NCBI GenBank assembly: GCA_965248055.1
Contig: CBDFIJ010000004.1
Location: 416,001-480,000 of the forward strand
Direction: 5' to 3'
DNA length: 64,000 nt
Origin: Candidatus Multivoradales bacterium
Lineage (GTDB): Bacteria; Acidobacteriota; Thermoanaerobaculia; Multivoradales; JAHEKO01
The position numbers and the translations under genes were made by a program. The notes under the pieces were generated by a model that made no database searches, was not told the DNA's origin, and worked only from the letters and a program-made list of their open reading frames with translations. Shown piece by piece: positions 58,788-64,000 of this stretch. Position 1 is the stretch's first letter. Each line of letters opens with the position of its first letter.

Positions 58788-60654
58788 GAACGGTCTCTCC
58801 AATGATCTCAAGGACCTTGTTGACAATCTCACTGCGGAAGAAAGGCTTCCCCTGGACCTTAGGGAAGGAAATTACCGGTTTCAGATAGGTCGCCTTCAAG
58901 AGTAGCGATAACTGCCCCATGTTGATCTCCGGCACAATCACCTTGGGATAGCGCTCAAGGATTTCGCCGAGATTTCTGGGGAATGGATTAAGGTGGCGTA
59001 AGTGTGCCCGCGCCACCGGCACGCCGTCACTGACCAATTGGTTAGTCGCCCCGGTGATCGCACCCAACGTCGACCCCCAACCGAGGATCAAAACCTCGCT
59101 CTCTGGGTCGCCGTGGACTTCCAACTCCGGAATATCGTTGGCGATCCGCGCCACCTTTTCCGCCCGCAGATCGGTCATCCGCTGATGATTATCTGGGTCG
59201 TAGGAAACGTTGCCGGTCCCGTCTTGCTTCTCAAGACCGCCGATGCGGTGCTCCAGTCCCGGAGTCCCCGGAATCGCCCAGGGTCGAGCCAGTGTCTCTT
59301 CATCGCGACGGTAGGCCATAAAGTCGTCCGTGGTTTCCGCAAAGTCCGGTGAAAATCGTGGCAAGCTGTCGAGATCGGGCAAGCGCCAGGGTTCAGAACC
59401 GTTGGCCAAGTAACCATCCGACATCAACATCACCGGCACTCGATAGCGCACGGCGATGCGGCAAGCCTCAATCGCCGCGTCAAAACAATCCCCCGGTGTC
59501 GAGGCCGAGACAATCGGCATCGGAGACTCTCCATTGCGGCCAAACATCGCCTGCAAAAGGTCACCCTGCTCTGTGGAGGTCGGCATTCCGGTCGAAGGGC
59601 CGGCACGTTGGACGTCCACCACCACCAACGGTAGCTCGGTCATGATCGCCAAGTTGATCGCTTCGGATTTGAGAGCCAAGCCAGGACCACTGGTGGTAGT
59701 CACCGCCAGTGCTCCACCGAAAGCGGCACCGATCGAAGAACAAACGGCGGCGATCTCATCCTCCGCTTGAAACGTCGTCACCCGATGATTCTTGTAGGCG
59801 GCTAGCTGGTGCAAAATGTCGCTCGCCGGAGTAATCGGATAGGAACCCAAAAACACCGGGAGGTCGGACAACTGACCCGCAGCGGCCAGGCCTATTGACA
59901 GAGCTTGGTTGCCCATTACATTGCGATAGGTCCCCGGTTCCAGCTTGGCTGGAAGCACTTCATAGCGGACCTGAAAGACGCCGGTAATATCGCAGAAGTT
60001 CCACCCGGCTTTCAGCGCTTTGATGTTGGCCTCAGCAATCTCCGGCTTGCGTGCGAACTTCTTGGTCGCCCACTCGATTGAGTTCTCCAGCGTCCGATTG
60101 AACATCCAATAGACCATGCCCAGAGCAAAGAAATTCTTGCAGCGGTCTTGACTCTTTAGGTCCAGGCCGGAGTCCTCAAGAGTGCGCCGAGTCATGGTCG
60201 TGATATCAGCGGTGTACACCCGATAGCCGTCCACCGAACCGTCTTCCAGCGGATCACTCTCGTAACCCGCTTTCTTCAAGTTGCGATCAGAAAACTCGTC
60301 AGTGTTGGCGATCAAAATACCGTTCTGCTTAAGGTCGGCCAGGCTCTTCTTGAGTGCCGCCGGATTCATCGCCACTAATACGTCGGGGGCATCTCCAGGG
60401 GTGTGAATGTCGAATTCGGCGATCCGCACTTGAAACGCGGAGACTCCCGCCAAGGTCCCCTGTGGGGCCCGAATCTCCGCCGGAAACTCCGGAAGAGTGG
60501 CCAAGTCATTGCCGACGATGGCAGAAGTTCGGGTGAACTGGTTGCCGGTCAACTGCATCCCATCGCCGGAGTCTCCGGCGAAGCGAATGACTACATCTTT
60601 AACGTTCTCAGTCGGGCTTTGATTCGTCACCGACTCAGGTTCACCTACGGTCAT
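58777..60654 (-). CDS. korA: 2-oxoacid:ferredoxin oxidoreductase alpha subunit
   Basis: GDSGDG, YPITP, QAEDEIAA, TSGPG, QRAGPSTG. Confidence 0.95.
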   Translation of the reverse strand: MTVGEPESVTNQSPTENVKDVVIRFAGDSGDGMQLTGNQFTRTSAIVGNDLATLPEFPAEIRAPQGTLAGVSAFQVRIAEFDIHTPGDAPDVLVAMNPAALKKSLADLKQNGILIANTDEFSDRNLKKAGYESDPLEDGSVDGYRVYTADITTMTRRTLEDSGLDLKSQDRCKNFFALGMVYWMFNRTLENSIEWATKKFARKPEIAEANIKALKAGWNFCDITGVFQVRYEVLPAKLEPGTYRNVMGNQALSIGLAAAGQLSDLPVFLGSYPITPASDILHQLAAYKNHRVTTFQAEDEIAAVCSSIGAAFGGALAVTTTSGPGLALKSEAINLAIMTELPLVVVDVQRAGPSTGMPTSTEQGDLLQAMFGRNGESPMPIVSASTPGDCFDAAIEACRIAVRYRVPVMLMSDGYLANGSEPWRLPDLDSLPRFSPDFAETTDDFMAYRRDEETLARPWAIPGTPGLEHRIGGLEKQDGTGNVSYDPDNHQRMTDLRAEKVARIANDIPELEVHGDPESEVLILGWGSTLGAITGATNQLVSDGVPVARAHLRHLNPFPRNLGEILERYPKVIVPEINMGQLSLLLKATYLKPVISFPKVQGKPFFRSEIVNKVLEIIGETVHVH

Positions 60655-60792
60655 GTTCGGTCAGCTCCTCAGGACAATGCGCTCATTGGATTCTTGTGTG
60701 GTTCGACTCTAGCGCAACCTCCATATGAGTTGTTTACTCTAGCAGTGCCCACCGTCGATGCAAGGTCAGATCTCTGGCCAAACAGTTGGCCG

Positions 60793-60824
60793 AAAAAAAG
60801 CGAGGGGCCGAAGCCCCTCGCTTT
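60793..60824 (-). terminator. Rho-independent terminator
   Basis: Minus strand AAAGCGAGGGGC-TTCG-GCCCCTCGC-T7, 22 bp after the stop at 60847. Confidence 0.9.
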
Positions 60825-60846
60825 GCAATTGATCTTTGAACTCGAG

Positions 60847-62421
60847 CTAGAAGTCGTACTTTAGACCGACACCGAGTATCAGCGGATCTACTCCCAGCTC
60901 AATATCGTCGTCTTCAAACTCTGCCTGCATCCAGCGCACACCTACATGGAAACCCCACTGAGGGCTGTTAGCAAACGGAATATCGAACCCTGTGAACAGG
61001 CCGACACCAAATTCGTTTCCACCCTCAATCGTCCCACTCAAGTCTTGGTCAGAAAAGAAACCGTCATGTAGGTTAAAGACACCGACAAACGGTTCTACAA
61101 ACCAATCAACTTTCGCTTCTGGTGTGAGATGAAATGTGGGGCCCAGGGTCAAGGCAAGAACCGACAGAGAATCGTCGTCCAGTGCCCAGACGGTGTTGGT
61201 ATCGAGCATTATTTCCGCATCGATTGCACCCACGATGGCGTTTCCGGCAATCCCGACACGGTCATTAACGTGATACTCCAAGCCAGCACCAACCCCCACA
61301 CCGCTGCTGGTATCCAGCGACACGCGGTTGACGTTTCCAGGTGTGGATAGATCAAAGGATTCACGGTTCGCCTGAGGACTGATCGATGCCAAGTAGGGGC
61401 GGAAAGTCCAACGCGCCTTGGCCTCAAAAGAAGCCTCGCAAGTAGCACTTTTGCCACTGTCATTGGTCGCTTCGCCCGCCGCCAAATACATACCTGGCGT
61501 CTTGACCTTCATCGGGCTGGTCGCGACAACTGACCCTGATGTCTCATGACTAACGTCCGTGATCGATAGGTTCTTATAACCATCGATGGAAACCTCAAAC
61601 TCCTCGCGGGTCCAGACCTCTGCCGGAGCGGTAATCTCACAGTAGGGGCAGCGTTCGAGGTCAACGGTCTTCTCACAAGAGTCCGTCTCGCCGGGCTCGG
61701 TCCGGGGCTCGCTAGCACCGACGTAAGCAAGGTTGGCGCACACCTTGGGGATGATGAACGTGTGCTGCGTGATGGTACGAGTACCGACGTTCTCCGCAGT
61801 CACGGAGAATGTGCGATCGATCATGGTGGCGTCTTCATAATCGCCTTCCCAGGCGGTAGCACCGGTAAACAACTCAGAACCGTCCATCGCAACCACCGCC
61901 AAATCGCTACTGCCGCTGGCATCGACGCTCAAGATCAAAGTCTCGCAATTGCCGTCAACCGCCAACTCACAAACCGCTTCAGCCGGAGGAGTCTCCACCA
62001 CTTCGTCGACCACTACGATGTAAGCGTCGTAGATCTCTTTACCCTGGTAGCACAACGGGCCACCGGAGATCGCCCGCTGGCGGCCTTGGTAGACCATCCA
62101 GTCAAGGACGTCACCACTGGCGACCTGTCCCTGGTGGACCTCTCCTGCCGCGATCGCTGCCATCAGATCCGCCGTCAGATGCGATAGACCGCGCTCAGCC
62201 ATGATCTCTTCCAGCTCCGCACTGCGTTCAGCAAGAACCGCAGCGAGTTCTTCAGGGTTATCCACCCCACCGCGATGAAACGCATTGCGACCGCCCATAC
62301 GACGAATCAGACTGGAGCCTGAAAAATCCTCGCACTCCTGCGCTACAGTGACCGTTGGCATCCAGATGGACGCAATCGCAACCGCGCAAACTACAAACCA
62401 AACGCGCTTGTTCCAACTCAT
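60847..62421 (-). CDS. Cys-rich secreted passenger fused to C-terminal OmpW-like beta-barrel
   Basis: GGAGGA RBS before MSWNK; signal peptide; last ~190 aa amphipathic strands ending VGLKYDF. Confidence 0.75.
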   Translation of the reverse strand: MSWNKRVWFVVCAVAIASIWMPTVTVAQECEDFSGSSLIRRMGGRNAFHRGGVDNPEELAAVLAERSAELEEIMAERGLSHLTADLMAAIAAGEVHQGQVASGDVLDWMVYQGRQRAISGGPLCYQGKEIYDAYIVVVDEVVETPPAEAVCELAVDGNCETLILSVDASGSSDLAVVAMDGSELFTGATAWEGDYEDATMIDRTFSVTAENVGTRTITQHTFIIPKVCANLAYVGASEPRTEPGETDSCEKTVDLERCPYCEITAPAEVWTREEFEVSIDGYKNLSITDVSHETSGSVVATSPMKVKTPGMYLAAGEATNDSGKSATCEASFEAKARWTFRPYLASISPQANRESFDLSTPGNVNRVSLDTSSGVGVGAGLEYHVNDRVGIAGNAIVGAIDAEIMLDTNTVWALDDDSLSVLALTLGPTFHLTPEAKVDWFVEPFVGVFNLHDGFFSDQDLSGTIEGGNEFGVGLFTGFDIPFANSPQWGFHVGVRWMQAEFEDDDIELGVDPLILGVGLKYDF

Positions 62422-62555
62422 AACCCAATCCTCCGTGGTCATCTTTGTTTCAGTTGACCGTTGTTGCATAACTTCCCTCGCTGCTTCTGACCGTTGGCGA
62501 CGGCCGTAAACCTGAGAAAACGCTTAGACTTGCCGCTAAGTGCCACCGTCCAGAG

Positions 62556-62572
62556 AGCATATTGTATGCCAA
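62556..62572 (-). promoter_or_regulatory. Putative sigma54 -24/-12 promoter
   Basis: Minus strand TTGGCATACAATATGCT with exact GG-N10-GC spacing, 135 bp upstream of the 62421 start. Confidence 0.55.
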
Positions 62573-62710
62573 CGTCAGCAAAATGTGTGTGACCAGGGCC
62601 TCCATTTTCGAGATTTCCAGTCCCAACGGCAGGACTTGTAGAGGACCGCTCGCGCAGCAGCACGTTTGGGCCTCCAGATACGCGCTAGACTGCAGCCAAG
62701 GGAACGAACT

Positions 62711-63004
62711 GTGGAACAACAAAACGGGATTCAACTCACCCAGCAAGCCATCGATCAAGCTCGGGAGCTAAATAATTCCGGTAATTTTATCCGAGTGGCG
62801 TTTGCCGGTGGCTGCGGTGCATTTGGCCATCGCATCTCGCAGACCAGGCGTTCCTATCCTGGAGATGAAGTCGGCTATGCCAGCAGCCAGATCTCGGTTC
62901 TCTTAGACCGCCGCGCGGCCAGCGAACTGGCAGGCAGTACCCTCGACTATGAGCCCGAAGAAGGATTTGTTCTTGACCACCCGCTCACCGGGCGCACCTG
63001 TTAG
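62711..63004 (+). CDS. HesB/IscA-like protein (atypical)
   Basis: IQLTQQA, IRV..AGGCG, LAGSTLDY, GF.LDHP; GTG start. Confidence 0.7.
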   Translation: MEQQNGIQLTQQAIDQARELNNSGNFIRVAFAGGCGAFGHRISQTRRSYPGDEVGYASSQISVLLDRRAASELAGSTLDYEPEEGFVLDHPLTGRTC

Positions 63005-63121
63005 GCGACCCAAATATAGCGTGCAACACATTGCCCCGCCTTTGCGTAGTGAGAACAAGGCGGAGCCAGACAACGCTGAATACCCGATAGCCCGCTAGCC
63101 AGACAATTCAAAAGAAAGTCG

Positions 63122-64000
63122 ATGCCCGAACTCAGCTCCGTCGTATCCCCTCCCCCAGGCAACAAACGCCAGGGCTGGGTCGGCGCGTTCGCCATCATTG
63201 CTCTGTTCGCAGCGCTGATCTGGTTGGGATGGAGCGGTTTTACCGCCCTCATCGCGATCCCGGCGAAGCTGGCAACCTTCGGACTCGCGGCAACCGTTTT
63301 TGCTGCCATCACGATCGCCGGGTTTCGCCGATTTATTTACCGCATCGGGCGGCGTTTGATGGTCTCCTATTTTCTGGTTGGCATCGTTCCGATTCCTTTG
63401 CTGGCCTTGCTCTTGCTGTTGGGCGCCTACCAACTCAATGGTTTTTTTGTCGGACATCTCTACCGCGACGCTCTGCGGGCAACCCACGAGCAACTGCAGC
63501 GTGAGGCAGAAACCGCAATCGATGGCGGCAAGGTCTCCAAGTCTGTAGCGGCTGCGGTTTATCGCAATAGCGTCAGGGTTTCTGGGAGTTCGGAACTACC
63601 TCGCAAGTGGCCCGCATGGATCGCAGAGAAGGGAAATATCCCTTTCGTCACTGCCTCCGATCTCGGTCCGACGATTGCGGCACTGTCGGGAGACAAGGAT
63701 CACGGGGCGATCGCGGTGTGGGCTGGAAATCTGCCCAAGGAGTTGTCCACTCGCAGTGGGGTCTGGATTTCCTTGCTCCGCAGCGACCAAGCTGCCACTG
63801 AAAACAGCGGACGCACGGTCCTGACCATCGGCAGCTACTCCTTTCCACTGCGCACTTCCGGGTACCAGAAATTCCATCAAACACGCCAAGACTTCTTCAA
63901 TTCGGGTGCCGAAGATAGCCCCGGAATCCTGCGCCGCCCCTTCTTGTGGTGGGGTGAACTCGGCGGACCGCTCTACGACCTCGCCTCCGGGGATCAGGTT
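63122..64000 (+). CDS. Membrane sensor protein, probable HAMP/SpoIIE (PP2C) family N-terminus (partial)
   Basis: Not in ORF track (no stop in window). MPELSS..., several TMs, FIYRIGRRLMVSYFLVGIVPIPLL; catalytic domain not visible. Confidence 0.55.
   Translation, partial: MPELSSVVSPPPGNKRQGWVGAFAIIALFAALIWLGWSGFTALIAIPAKLATFGLAATVFAAITIAGFRRFIYRIGRRLMVSYFLVGIVPIPLLALLLLLGAYQLNGFFVGHLYRDALRATHEQLQREAETAIDGGKVSKSVAAAVYRNSVRVSGSSELPRKWPAWIAEKGNIPFVTASDLGPTIAALSGDKDHGAIAVWAGNLPKELSTRSGVWISLLRSDQAATENSGRTVLTIGSYSFPLRTSGYQKFHQTRQDFFNSGAEDSPGILRRPFLWWGELGGPLYDLASGDQV

Noticed and set aside
62999-63010. Selenocysteine readthrough in the HesB-like gene
   Set aside because: The stop is TAG, not TGA, and downstream codons do not restore the motif.

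Overview
A gene-dense, GC-rich bacterial chromosome window, most likely from an Acidobacteriota (Thermoanaerobaculia-like) organism. This is inferred from the Ig+VWFA protein, the Oar-type TonB-dependent receptor and the membrane SpoIIE-type N-terminus. It holds a complete System I cytochrome c maturation operon (ccmABCDEF-G-H-I, including an unannotated 45-aa ccmD), a pterin cluster (FolM-like SDR, folB, folK), an orphan infC with an ATT start, upp, ltaE, tatD, tonB, a fused 2-oxoacid dehydrogenase E1, korAB, several peptidases and an ECF sigma/anti-sigma/PDZ operon. I saw no rRNA, tRNA, CRISPR array, transposase, integrase or reverse transcriptase. The best candidate for an undescribed system is a four-gene signalling module at 32.8-38.8 kb. 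A sigma54 enhancer-binding protein with a degenerate receiver lies divergent from an operon encoding a TM-Cache-TM-HAMP Ser/Thr kinase, a secreted Ig-repeat protein and a LysM-FecR-FN3 protein. Other items of note are a Cys-rich passenger fused to an OmpW-like barrel behind a sigma54-type promoter, mosaic REP arrays around upp, a 120-bp palindromic element inside the ccm operon and a doubly frameshifted (compensated) EamA gene. All calls rest on motif recognition by eye; no database searches were run.
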